16,377 nucleotides of DNA, from NCBI GenBank assembly GCA_028291615.1, contig JAQGHM010000172.1, positions 1-16,377 on the forward strand, given 5' to 3'. Source of the DNA: Phycisphaerales bacterium (GTDB lineage Bacteria > Planctomycetota > Phycisphaerae > Tepidisphaerales > Tepidisphaeraceae). Numbering within the stretch: position 1 is the stretch's first letter; each line of letters starts with the position of its first letter. A program made the translations under genes and the position numbers. The notes beneath the pieces are model-generated. The model saw only the letters and a list, made by a program, of their open reading frames with translations. It did no database searches and was not told the DNA's origin. Of this stretch, positions 8,005-16,218 are shown one piece after another.

Positions 8005-8171
8005 ATGTGCGCTCCGAGACGGCACGGCTGGAACGGCGACGACGTCGTCCCATCGAGCGTGCCGCTGAAGCGTTCATCGGCTGCAAAAGGCGTGCAATTA
8101 AAACGCGCAGGCCTGACATCGCAGGAACTCGAAAGATTAGTTTCTGGCTAAGGCGGGCCCCATTCGACGCA

Positions 8172-9389
8172 CTACCACCGCTTCGCCTGGCTCGCCACCT
8201 TCATCGGCAGCCCAAACAAATCGATGAACCCGCGCGCCGCCGTTACGTCGTATCCTTCCATGCTGAAGCTCGCGAGCTGCGGATCGTAAAGCGAATGCGG
8301 GCTGGTCGCCGAGATCGCCATCGCGCGCCCCTTGAAGAGCCGCACCCGCGCCGTCCCCGTCACCGTCGCGTTGGTGTGATCGACGAAGGTCTGCAGCGCC
8401 TCGCGTAGCGGATGAAACCACTGGCCGTTATATACCATCTCCGCGTAGCGCAGCACCAACTGTTGCTTGTAATGCAGCGTATCACGCTCCACGCAAAGCT
8501 GCTCCAGCGCCTTGTGCGCCTCGTACAAAATCGTCCCGCCCGGCGTCTCGTAGACGCCCCGGCTCTTCATCCCCACGAGACGATTCTCCACCAGCAGCGC
8601 TATGCCCACCCCGTGCCGCCCACCGATCTTGTTCAGCTCCGCGATTAGCTCGCCGGGCTTAAGTTGTTTGCCGTTAACGGCGATCGGATTGCCGCCGCGG
8701 AACTCGACCTCGACGATCTCGCTCTGGTCCGGCGCGCGCTCGGGCGGCACGGTCATCGTCAAACACTTCTGCCAGTTCGGCTCCTTGTCCGGGTGCTCGA
8801 TTTCAGCGCCTTCGTGGCTGATATGCCAGAGGTTGCGATCCTGGCTGTAGATCTTCTCCTTGCTGACCGGGATCGGCACGTTGTGCTTGGCCGCATATTC
8901 CACGGCGCTCTCGCGGTCGCGCAGCTCGAAGCTCGGATCCTTCCACGGCGCGATGATCTTCAGCTTCGGGTCCAGCGCCATGTACGTCAGCTCGAACCGC
9001 ACCTGGTCGTTCCCCTTGCCGGTCGCCCCGTGGCCGACCGCATCGGCCCCCGTCTGGTGCGCCACTTCCACCTGCTTGGCGGCGATGAGCGGGCGCGCGA
9101 TGCTTGTCCCCAGCAGGTAATCCTGCTCATAAATCGCGTGCGCCCGCAGCATCGGAAAGCAATACTTTTCCGCGAATTCCTCGCGCAGATCCATAATGAC
9201 CACTTCATCCGCGCCGCTCTTGTACGCCTTTTCTTCGATCCCCTTGAGCTCATCTCCCTGCCCCAGCTCGGCGGCGAACGCCACCAGCTTCACCCCAGGA
9301 TAGCGCTCCTTCAGCCAGGGCAGGATGACGCTGGTGTCGAGTCCGCCGCTGTAGGCGAGGACGATCTTCTTCGGGGGTTGTTGTTGCAT
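8172..9389 (-). CDS. argG: argininosuccinate synthase
   Basis: Classic ArgG N-terminus KIVLAYSGGLDTSVILPWLKE (PP-loop SGGxDTS), then GATGKGNDQVRFELTYMALDP, HISHEG and the remainder of the ~400-aa family. The track start at 9416 is TTG. The ATG at 9389 (MQQQPPKKIVLAYSGG) has GGAG 8 nt upstream, so I use 9389 (405 aa). Confidence 0.95.
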   Translation of the reverse strand: MQQQPPKKIVLAYSGGLDTSVILPWLKERYPGVKLVAFAAELGQGDELKGIEEKAYKSGADEVVIMDLREEFAEKYCFPMLRAHAIYEQDYLLGTSIARPLIAAKQVEVAHQTGADAVGHGATGKGNDQVRFELTYMALDPKLKIIAPWKDPSFELRDRESAVEYAAKHNVPIPVSKEKIYSQDRNLWHISHEGAEIEHPDKEPNWQKCLTMTVPPERAPDQSEIVEVEFRGGNPIAVNGKQLKPGELIAELNKIGGRHGVGIALLVENRLVGMKSRGVYETPGGTILYEAHKALEQLCVERDTLHYKQQLVLRYAEMVYNGQWFHPLREALQTFVDHTNATVTGTARVRLFKGRAMAISATSPHSLYDPQLASFSMEGYDVTAARGFIDLFGLPMKVASQAKRW

Positions 9390-9424
9390 CACTTGTCTCC
9401 GGGTGCGGTGTACCAAATCAAGTC

Positions 9425-9466
9425 AAAACGCTCGTGACCGCAGTCCGATGACCGCGGTCACGAGCG
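9425..9466 (-). terminator. rho-independent terminator downstream of the WD40 gene and upstream of argG
   Basis: Perfect 13-bp inverted repeat cgctcgtgaccgc (9429-9441) / gcggtcacgagcg (9454-9466) with a 12-nt loop. On the minus-strand transcript it is followed immediately by UUUUGACUUGAU (9428-9417). It lies 63 nt after the WD40 stop at 9529. Confidence 0.6.
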
Positions 9467-9528
9467 GGATAAGTATAAAAACTTGGGAGCGATTGAACAG
9501 CGACGGCGCGCGGAAGCAGCCGTGCGAG

Positions 9529-11973
9529 TTACCGCCCGCCGCTCAGGCGTTTGGCGGCGTCGGTCGCGCTGGCGGCAATCGGGCTGCCGGTGCGGGCGTC
9601 GGCGATGCGCTTCAGCACTTCGATGGCGCGAGCAGTTCCGACCCATTGCAGGACTTCCACCGCGCGAACTTCGCGGAGCCGGGGGCCGGTGACGCTGCCT
9701 TGTTGCAGCGCGGTCAGCAGGACCTCTACGCGCGTGCGGACTTCGCTGGATTGAGTCTCCTTCATCGCTTTGCGTAGCGCGGTGGCGGCGGCGTCCCCCA
9801 ATTCAGCGAGCGCTTTGCCCGCGGTTTCGCGGGCGGTGAATTCGTCGGCGTCGAGACCGGCGATGAGTCGCTCGATGCCGGCGTCGTCGACGGGCGCTGT
9901 GCTGATGAGCTTCGACGCGAGGAAACCGACCGCCGCGTCGCCTCCGGTCGAGAGTTGCCGAATGGCTTGGTAAGCCTTGGCAGGATCGTCGTCCGCTAGA
10001 CCAGACCATAATTCGGCCATCGCGGCGGCATCCACCTCGTGGACTTTAGCCGTCTGGTCGCCGGAACGCGCGACATCCCAGACGATCGCGGTCGTGTCGC
10101 GGCTGGCCGAAACCAGGCGCTTGGAGTCGAAGGAGAAGGCGACGGATGTGAGCCACCCCGTATGGCCGACCAGCCTACGCGTCTGCCGCCCCGAACCAAG
10201 GTCCCACACGCGCACGGTCGGCCGATCCGGCCCGCCCCCCGCGGCGAGCATGCGGCCATCGGGAGAAAAGACGAGACAGGTCCCCGCGTCGCCATCCCCT
10301 TCGAGCAGGCCGCGCACGCTACGGCTAGCGACTTCGACCAGCCGGATCGGTTGCCCACGGCACGCGACGGCCAGCGTCGCGCCATCCGGCGAGAAGGCGA
10401 TCGAATTATCGCCCGCCGACGGGATGGGCAACTGGGTTTCTTCGCGGCCGGTGTCGGCGTCGAAGAGCGTCACATACTTCTTGTCCAGATCGCCGCTGCC
10501 GACGGCGAGATGACGCCCATCCGGCGAGAAGGCGAGCGGCAGTTCGGCCCATTGCCGCGGATCGATGTGAACGGTGAAGCGCTCGTTGCCGGTGCGCGTG
10601 TCGATGACGCGGACGGATGCGTGTCCGTACGTCGCCGCCGCAAGCGCGCCATCGGCGGAGAGCGTGACGCCGTTGACGCCGGGGCCGCTGTTAAGGAGCT
10701 CCAGCGTTCGCAGCTTCGCGGTGCTTACGTCCGATCCGCGCTCAAAGTCGCAGATACGCAGCGTGGCGTCTTCGCCACGAATAACTAGGCGCCGGCCGTT
10801 GCGGGCGGACCCGAGATGCACGTTACCGCGACCGCTGACGCCCATGCGCCCCAGCGCCTGTCCGCTTTGCGCGTCCCAGACGCGCATCGAGCCGTCCTGG
10901 CTCGCGGTGATGATGGTTTTGTCCGAATTGCCGAAGACGGCGGCGCTCAACTCACGCGTGTGGCCAAGTGCGTCAAGCGGCTTCAGGCTCTGGGCATCCC
11001 ACAGGCGGATCGCAAGTTCGGTGCCCGCGGTCGCGAGGATTTTTCCGTCTGGTGACGACGCCATCGCCATGACCCACGCGTCCTCGCGGCCCGTGGCGAC
11101 GAGTTTGCCAGCGTCCTTGCCGCTCTCGGTCTCCCACACGCCGACTGTCCCGTCCTGCGCGGCCGACGCAAACTGACGCCCGCCGTTGACGAACGCTACC
11201 GGCCGCACCCAGTGATCGGACAGCTCGACCCGTCGCACCTCAGTCGACGTTGCCAGATCCCATAGCCTCGTGGTTCGATCCGCGCCGCCGGAGAGTAGTC
11301 GCGTGCCGTCCGGATGGAAGGCCAGCGCGAAGACCGCCTTCGCGTGGCCCTGGAGCGTCGTAACCAGTGTCCCATCGGCGACGCGCCGGATCTGGATCGA
11401 TCCCCCTTCGCACCCGACCGCCAGCGTTTGTTCGTCCGGAGAGAGCACGACCGGGCGCACGTTGTTACCGGTGTCGATGCTGCGCTCCTCGCGCCACGCG
11501 GCCACGTCCCAGATCCGCACCAGTTTGCCGCTGCTCCACACCAGGCGTTTGCCGTCGCCCGAGAAGCGAAGCCAGAAGACGGTGTTCGGGTTGTCGGTGA
11601 GGCGATGAAGTTCCTTCCCGGTTCGCGCGTCCCACAGGACGGTCGTGCGCTGCATGTCCCCCGATGCGACCAGCAGGCCGTCGGGAGAAATGGCCACCGC
11701 GGACGCCCCATCCCCGTGCCCCGAGAAGCGGCTGACTTCGCGACCGCTGGCGACGTCCCAGACGCGCGCGGTCTGGTCCCAACTCGCCGACGCGAGCAGT
11801 TTGCCGTCGCCGGAGAAGGAGAGGGCGCTGACGGTGTGCCCGTGGCGGAGGTCACGCGTCCCCAGACAGGCAATCGCGCCCGGCGGCAACTCATCGGCGT
11901 CAACCGCGGCCGCCAACGCGATCACCGAGATCATTCCCAATAACCACGGAGCAAACAGTGTCCATCGGCTCAT
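9529..11973 (-). CDS. secreted WD40-repeat beta-propeller protein with C-terminal HEAT/PBS-lyase-like repeats
   Basis: 814 aa. ATG at 11973 with AGGAG 9 nt upstream. N-terminal signal peptide MSRWTLFAPWLLGMISVIALAAAVDA. At least 12 WD40 units recur, with the pattern ...VxFSPDGxxLAxxxxDxTxRxWD. The C-terminal ~120 aa are helical repeats (LIAGLDADEFTARETAGKALAELGDAAATALRKAM...). Confidence 0.9.
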   Translation of the reverse strand: MSRWTLFAPWLLGMISVIALAAAVDADELPPGAIACLGTRDLRHGHTVSALSFSGDGKLLASASWDQTARVWDVASGREVSRFSGHGDGASAVAISPDGLLVASGDMQRTTVLWDARTGKELHRLTDNPNTVFWLRFSGDGKRLVWSSGKLVRIWDVAAWREERSIDTGNNVRPVVLSPDEQTLAVGCEGGSIQIRRVADGTLVTTLQGHAKAVFALAFHPDGTRLLSGGADRTTRLWDLATSTEVRRVELSDHWVRPVAFVNGGRQFASAAQDGTVGVWETESGKDAGKLVATGREDAWVMAMASSPDGKILATAGTELAIRLWDAQSLKPLDALGHTRELSAAVFGNSDKTIITASQDGSMRVWDAQSGQALGRMGVSGRGNVHLGSARNGRRLVIRGEDATLRICDFERGSDVSTAKLRTLELLNSGPGVNGVTLSADGALAAATYGHASVRVIDTRTGNERFTVHIDPRQWAELPLAFSPDGRHLAVGSGDLDKKYVTLFDADTGREETQLPIPSAGDNSIAFSPDGATLAVACRGQPIRLVEVASRSVRGLLEGDGDAGTCLVFSPDGRMLAAGGGPDRPTVRVWDLGSGRQTRRLVGHTGWLTSVAFSFDSKRLVSASRDTTAIVWDVARSGDQTAKVHEVDAAAMAELWSGLADDDPAKAYQAIRQLSTGGDAAVGFLASKLISTAPVDDAGIERLIAGLDADEFTARETAGKALAELGDAAATALRKAMKETQSSEVRTRVEVLLTALQQGSVTGPRLREVRAVEVLQWVGTARAIEVLKRIADARTGSPIAASATDAAKRLSGGR

Positions 11974-12093
11974 GACGTGCGTCTCCTTGCTCGTGATGTA
12001 GAGCGAGACGGCGATTTCAATAAGCGAAGGTGAGAGCGCGCGACGAGAACTAAACCCGTTGCTTATTCTTCACTTGCCCGGAACCATTTCGAA

Positions 12094-13023
12094 TCATCCC
12101 GCCGCAGAACTAGGCGCAGGAGATTCAGGCGGCCGATCCGTCTTCCCCGCAATCGGCGCAGCCGCTGCAGCAGAGGCACTGGCCAGGTTCGACGCGATCT
12201 GCCCCTTCTGGATGATGTGCCGACCCAGCTCCAGGCGCGTGATCACCGCGTCCATGTCCACCGGCCGCTTCTGCTGCTTGGTCGAAACGCAATCCATCAC
12301 CAGGTTCGAGACCGCCTGCGGAACCTTCGGGTTCAGGTCCATCGGCGTGTCGATCCGGTCATCGAGCAGGAAGCTGTTCTCACCCTTTTTATTCACCGTA
12401 TACAGCGTCGGGATGTGCTTGCCCGTCAGGTTCCAGTAGAGCGTCGCACCGAGGTTGAACACGTCCGTCTGCTGGTTGATCGGTTTGCGGTTCACCTGTT
12501 CGGGCGCGATGTAGTCCGGCGTTCCCTGGATGCGCTCCTTGATCGTGCCGATCTTGCACGCCTGCCCGAAGTCGATCACCTTCACGTGCCCCTTGTCGTT
12601 GCGCAGGATGTTGTTCGGCTTGATGTCGCAATGCGCCCATCCCATCTGGTGCATCGCCTTGAGCCCCTGCGCCGCCTGGATGAACGTGTCCAGGATGTCC
12701 ATCATTTCCGTCGGCGGGCGCACGTCCAGCGGCTTGCCGTCGACCATCTCCATCACCAGGTACGCCTCGGCCACCTTCACGAGCATCGTCTTGATGATTT
12801 TCAGCTCGAACGACTTGCGAAGGTTCGGGTGATTGAACTGCCGGCTGACCTCGTACTCGGTCTCCACCTGCTCGACGAAGCGAATATCCTTCTGTTCGGC
12901 GCGGATGACGTGTTTGAGCGCGAAAACTTGGCGGGTGGTCGGGTCACTGACGGCGTAAATCACGCTGCGCGCGCCCTCCCCAAGCTTCTCCAGGACGTCG
13001 TACTGAAGTAATTTCTGCGCCAT
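12094..13023 (-). CDS. Ser/Thr protein kinase (Hanks-type)
   Basis: 309 aa, ATG at 13023. Glycine loop LGEGARSVIY, catalytic lysine in VFALKHV, catalytic loop HCDIKPNNIL, DFG, and activation-segment GTPDYIAPE. The C-terminal tail is Ala/Ser/Pro-rich and low-complexity. Confidence 0.9.
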   Translation of the reverse strand: MAQKLLQYDVLEKLGEGARSVIYAVSDPTTRQVFALKHVIRAEQKDIRFVEQVETEYEVSRQFNHPNLRKSFELKIIKTMLVKVAEAYLVMEMVDGKPLDVRPPTEMMDILDTFIQAAQGLKAMHQMGWAHCDIKPNNILRNDKGHVKVIDFGQACKIGTIKERIQGTPDYIAPEQVNRKPINQQTDVFNLGATLYWNLTGKHIPTLYTVNKKGENSFLLDDRIDTPMDLNPKVPQAVSNLVMDCVSTKQQKRPVDMDAVITRLELGRHIIQKGQIASNLASASAAAAAPIAGKTDRPPESPAPSSAAG

Positions 13024-13187
13024 GCGACCGACTTTCCTCCCCCGGACGATCGCCGTCCTGGAGCCATCTCCAAATTAGGCGAAGCCCGCCGGAATAGCAA
13101 GCCAAACGACCGCCGTCCAACGCCCTCGCCTGAGGCCGTTGCAACGCAGCGCACGCCGCAATTTGAATGGGAAAAGCCGGGCCGAAG

Positions 13188-13793
13188 TTACCGCAGCAAC
13201 TGCCCTTGAAATGCGCTCCCCGGGAAGTATCGCCCCGCCCCCGCGGGAGAGTTGGCGCAGTCGAACAACCACACCGCCGTCGCCGGAATCCGAAACTGCT
13301 CTTGCAACGTTTGCGCGAGATGCTCCAGCCGCTTGAGCTGCGTCGGCGTCGGCGCCGTGCGGTCAAAATCGCCCACCACGCAGATCGATATGCACGTCGC
13401 GTCGATGTTCGCCAGCCCGGGCGCAGGGTCCGCCGGCTGTTGCAGGTTCCACCGCTGGGTGAACTGGATCTCCCCGTCCAGCGCGCCGTCGCCGTTGCCG
13501 ATGACGAAATGGTCCCCGCACCCCTGCTGGTCGCCGTGCGCCAAAGACGCCGCGTCCCCGCGCGGCGTCCGGCTGTGATGAACGTAGATCGATTGCCACC
13601 GCCCCGCCTGCGGCGCCACCTGCGTGTTGAAGATGACCCGCAGCGCCGTCCGCGAGTCGCCCGCCATCAGGCTGCTCGCTGCGTCCGGCGTCAGCGGCGC
13701 GCCCTGCATCGCGCGCAATAAGACGCTGGTCAGGGTGAGCACACCGACGAGGCTCGACAAAACGATAAAAGATCGACGTGACTGATTCTTCAC
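13188..13793 (-). CDS. N-acetylmuramoyl-L-alanine amidase, Amidase_2 / PGRP (AmpD-like) family, membrane-anchored or secreted
   Basis: 201 aa. Signal-anchor RRSFIVLSSLVGVLTLTSVLL. Amidase_2-like blocks: IYVHHSRTP...SLAHGDQQG, HFVIGNGDGALDGEIQFTQRW, ISICVVGDFDRTAPTPTQLKRLEHLAQTLQEQFRIP. The start at 13793 is GTG with no good RBS, so the exact start is uncertain. Confidence 0.75.
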   Translation of the reverse strand: MKNQSRRSFIVLSSLVGVLTLTSVLLRAMQGAPLTPDAASSLMAGDSRTALRVIFNTQVAPQAGRWQSIYVHHSRTPRGDAASLAHGDQQGCGDHFVIGNGDGALDGEIQFTQRWNLQQPADPAPGLANIDATCISICVVGDFDRTAPTPTQLKRLEHLAQTLQEQFRIPATAVWLFDCANSPAGAGRYFPGSAFQGQLLR

Positions 13794-13998
13794 GGCAGCC
13801 GCCCGATGAGTTGTGGGACCTTCTGAAAGAGACGGTCGCCGAGTCCGATAAAAACCCCCACGCCATCTCTAAAGCATTCATCGGCAATGGCCACAAAACG
13901 CATGAATAGAAACTGAAAACCAACAATATCGGTCGTACCCAAGACGATACTGCCCCACTTTTTACTGGCTGGGGTTGCCCCGTGCGTCAATGTGCACC

Positions 13999-15162
13999 CT
14001 ACTGGCCGGCCGCCGCCCTTAAATCCCCCATCGGCACGTCCCGATACGCCCCCTTGGTCTCCGTCGCAATCTTCTTCAACTGTGGCGCAATATCGGGCTG
14101 GCCCAACGTAAGGCAATGGACTTTGGTCGTCACCTTGGCGTTGGTACGCAACGACATCACTTGCGGGTGAAACTTCTCATCTAAAAACGTCTTGATCGGC
14201 ACCAACACCACTACTTCGGCTCCGGTCTTGAACGCCTTGTCCATCGCCACTGACATTCTCGTCTGCCCCACCGCGTACACGTCGTCGAGAAACTTCTGCA
14301 ACTCCGCGATATTCTCAGGCGTCGCGGCCTTCAAACCCGTCGCCGGGTACGACAGCGGCTTGGTCCCCTCGATGTACCAACAGATCACCGCGAACTTCCG
14401 ATCCGGGCCCAGCGTCTGCACCGATCGCAGCAGCGCCTGCTTGAGCAAGTCCAGACGTCCCTCCGTCTGCGACGCCGCCCCACGATCCAGCACGTACGCC
14501 ACGCTCCTCTCATTTAGCGCCTGCCCCAGGAAGTTCGGCGGCGCTTTCTTCGGCACCACAACCGGCGGCGTGATCGCCTGGGTGTTCGTGTTGCCACCCG
14601 TCGTCGTCGCCGTGTCTCCACTGCCCCCGCCGCTGGCATTGTTCGTCTGCACCGCCCCCGTCCCGCCGCCCACCCCGCCCGCGGTCCCATCGGTTATCTC
14701 CCCACCCGTCCGGTCCCGAACCGCCATGTAAATGATGATTCCGATCAGCAGCGCGATTACGCCCCCCGCCACACCAGCGATGAGCAGCGCCCTGTTCTTC
14801 TGCGGATCGACCGGCGCGGTGGGACCTGCTGCTGCTGCGGCCTCCGCCTTCTTCTTCTGAAGCCGGATGCTTGCCAGGCCGCTGCTTGCCACGATCCCGG
14901 CCAAGTCATCCAGTCCTGTGCCGCTCCCTGCCCCTCCCTGGTCCGCTCCGCCCTTCTTCTTCTGGTAGAGCGTCTTGGCCGCCTTGCCCGATCCTATTGC
15001 TTCAGCCGTCGCTGGCACTCCCTGGCCATCCCCGTTGGCGTTCTTCAGGTGCTTGGGGACCGTCTGGATCGTCCCGCAATGCCGGCACCGGCAGACGCCG
15101 CCGGCGAACGCGTCGTCGATCTGCAGCAAGGCCTTACAATTGGTGCAGTTGATCTGGATCAT
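13999..15162 (-). CDS. zinc-ribbon / single-TM / Gly-Thr-rich linker / vWA-like domain protein
   Basis: 387 aa, ATG at 15162, 8 bp downstream of the sppA stop. The N-terminus has CTNC...CRCRHC (a CxxC-x18-CxxC zinc ribbon). A TM helix ALLIAGVAGGVIALLIGIIIYMAV follows, then a G/T/A-rich low-complexity linker. The C-terminal ~190 aa have a vWA-like alternating beta/alpha pattern (VAYVLDRGAASQ...FAVICWY...YAVGQTRMSVAMDKAF...VVVLVPIKTFL). The MIDAS is non-canonical (DRGAAS rather than DxSxS), so the domain call is tentative. Confidence 0.7.
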   Translation of the reverse strand: MIQINCTNCKALLQIDDAFAGGVCRCRHCGTIQTVPKHLKNANGDGQGVPATAEAIGSGKAAKTLYQKKKGGADQGGAGSGTGLDDLAGIVASSGLASIRLQKKKAEAAAAAGPTAPVDPQKNRALLIAGVAGGVIALLIGIIIYMAVRDRTGGEITDGTAGGVGGGTGAVQTNNASGGGSGDTATTTGGNTNTQAITPPVVVPKKAPPNFLGQALNERSVAYVLDRGAASQTEGRLDLLKQALLRSVQTLGPDRKFAVICWYIEGTKPLSYPATGLKAATPENIAELQKFLDDVYAVGQTRMSVAMDKAFKTGAEVVVLVPIKTFLDEKFHPQVMSLRTNAKVTTKVHCLTLGQPDIAPQLKKIATETKGAYRDVPMGDLRAAAGQ

Positions 15163-15170
15163 TCAGCACT

Positions 15171-16151
15171 TCACGGATTCCAGAGATAGTAGAACCCCGA
15201 CGGCAATGGGTCATGCACGCCCGGGATCTTTAACTCCATCACCCCACCGCCGTTCGCCTGAGGTTGCCCAACCGTGTTCTGGGCGTAAATCGAACCGCTG
15301 AATCCATACGGTCTCCGATAGATTACGACCTTGGCGTTGGGCGCGTTCGCCAGTTTCATCGCCTCCTCGATCGCGTCGTCCAGCAGCCCCGTCCGATCCG
15401 CCAGGCCCAGTTCCACCGCGCGGGTCCCGCTGAACACCCGGCCGTCGGTCACCATTTTTACGGTTGCACTCTCTTTGATCGGACGGTTGCTCGTCACCAC
15501 TGCGATGAATCGCTGGTAATACTCGTCCACCATCCCCTGCATGACCGCCCGCGACTCCACATCCAGTTCCCGGAACGGCGAGCCCATGTCCTTCAGTGGG
15601 CCGCTCTTGATTGCGTCGGTCTTCGCACCGATTTTGGCCAGCGTTCCTTCGAGGTTAAACGTGTTGAAGATCACCCCGATGCTCCCCACCACGCTGGTCG
15701 GATGCGCGACGATCTTGTCCGCCCCACATGAGACGTAATACGCCCCGCTCGCTGCCAGGTCCTGCAGCGACGCGACGACCGGTTTGTGCGTTTGTTGCTT
15801 AAATCGCACCAGCGTCTCGTACATGATGTCCGATGCCGTTACGGTCCCGCCCGGTGAGTTCACCCGGAGCACCACCGCCTTGACGGCTGGGTCCTTCGCC
15901 GCCTTCTCCAGTTCCTGCGCGAACCGGCTGACCTGGTTTTCCGCCGGCTGCATGAAGCCGCCGGACTTCATATTGGCGATCATCCCCTCGACTTCGACGA
16001 TCGCGATCTTGGGGGCGCCAAACCCCTTCCCCGCCCGCACCGTCTGCTCGTCGAGGCTGCTGGTATTCTGAACCGGCGTGACCAGAAAGCTGGGCGTCCC
16101 GCAGCCGCTTGCAAACAACGACAGCAATGCGGCAAAAACTAATCGCTTCAT
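15171..16151 (-). CDS. sppA: signal peptide peptidase SppA (36K type, peptidase S49), lipoprotein
   Basis: The ATG at 16151 is preceded by GGAG 7 nt upstream. The track start at 16163 is GTG. Lipoprotein signal MKRLVFAALLSLFASGC (lipobox ASGC). S49 hallmarks: IAIVEVEGMI, VKAVVLRVNSPGGTVTASDIMYETL, PVVASLQDLAASGAYYVSCGADKIVAHPTSVVGSIGV (catalytic Ser in AASGAYY), and a Lys-containing KSGPLKD block. Confidence 0.9.
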   Translation of the reverse strand: MKRLVFAALLSLFASGCGTPSFLVTPVQNTSSLDEQTVRAGKGFGAPKIAIVEVEGMIANMKSGGFMQPAENQVSRFAQELEKAAKDPAVKAVVLRVNSPGGTVTASDIMYETLVRFKQQTHKPVVASLQDLAASGAYYVSCGADKIVAHPTSVVGSIGVIFNTFNLEGTLAKIGAKTDAIKSGPLKDMGSPFRELDVESRAVMQGMVDEYYQRFIAVVTSNRPIKESATVKMVTDGRVFSGTRAVELGLADRTGLLDDAIEEAMKLANAPNAKVVIYRRPYGFSGSIYAQNTVGQPQANGGGVMELKIPGVHDPLPSGFYYLWNP

Positions 16152-16218
16152 CAAGGACTCCACAAAATATCGCGCGGGGCTGGACGTGCTAAACTGACTC
16201 GGCCAAGGATTGTAGCCG
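16152..16218. promoter_or_regulatory. divergent intergenic region between sppA (-) and the plus-strand metallopeptidase-like gene
   Basis: This 67-bp gap separates two divergently oriented starts and contains RBS-like motifs for both (GGAG for sppA, AGGA 9 nt before the ATG at 16219). Promoter elements are not confidently identifiable by eye. Confidence 0.3.

Noticed and set aside
8664-9437. 257-aa plus-strand ORF antisense to argG
   Set aside because: ArgG homology on the minus strand is unambiguous. The antisense product has no features.
10039-11943. Plus-strand ORFs (10039..10788, 10574..11176, 11314..11943) and minus alt-frame ORF 11196..11903 within the WD40 gene
   Set aside because: The WD40 repeat periodicity is only present in the 9529..11973 minus frame. 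The others are GC artefacts.
12217-13011. 264-aa plus-strand ORF antisense to the Ser/Thr kinase
   Set aside because: The kinase catalytic motifs (HCDIKPNN, DFG, APE) are on the minus strand. The antisense translation is Arg/Leu/His-rich with no domain.
13167-15731. Plus-strand ORFs 13167..13721, 14192..14731 and 15264..15731 antisense to the amidase, vWA-like and sppA genes
   Set aside because: The same logic applies. Each minus-strand gene has family-level motif support, and the antisense products are low-complexity.
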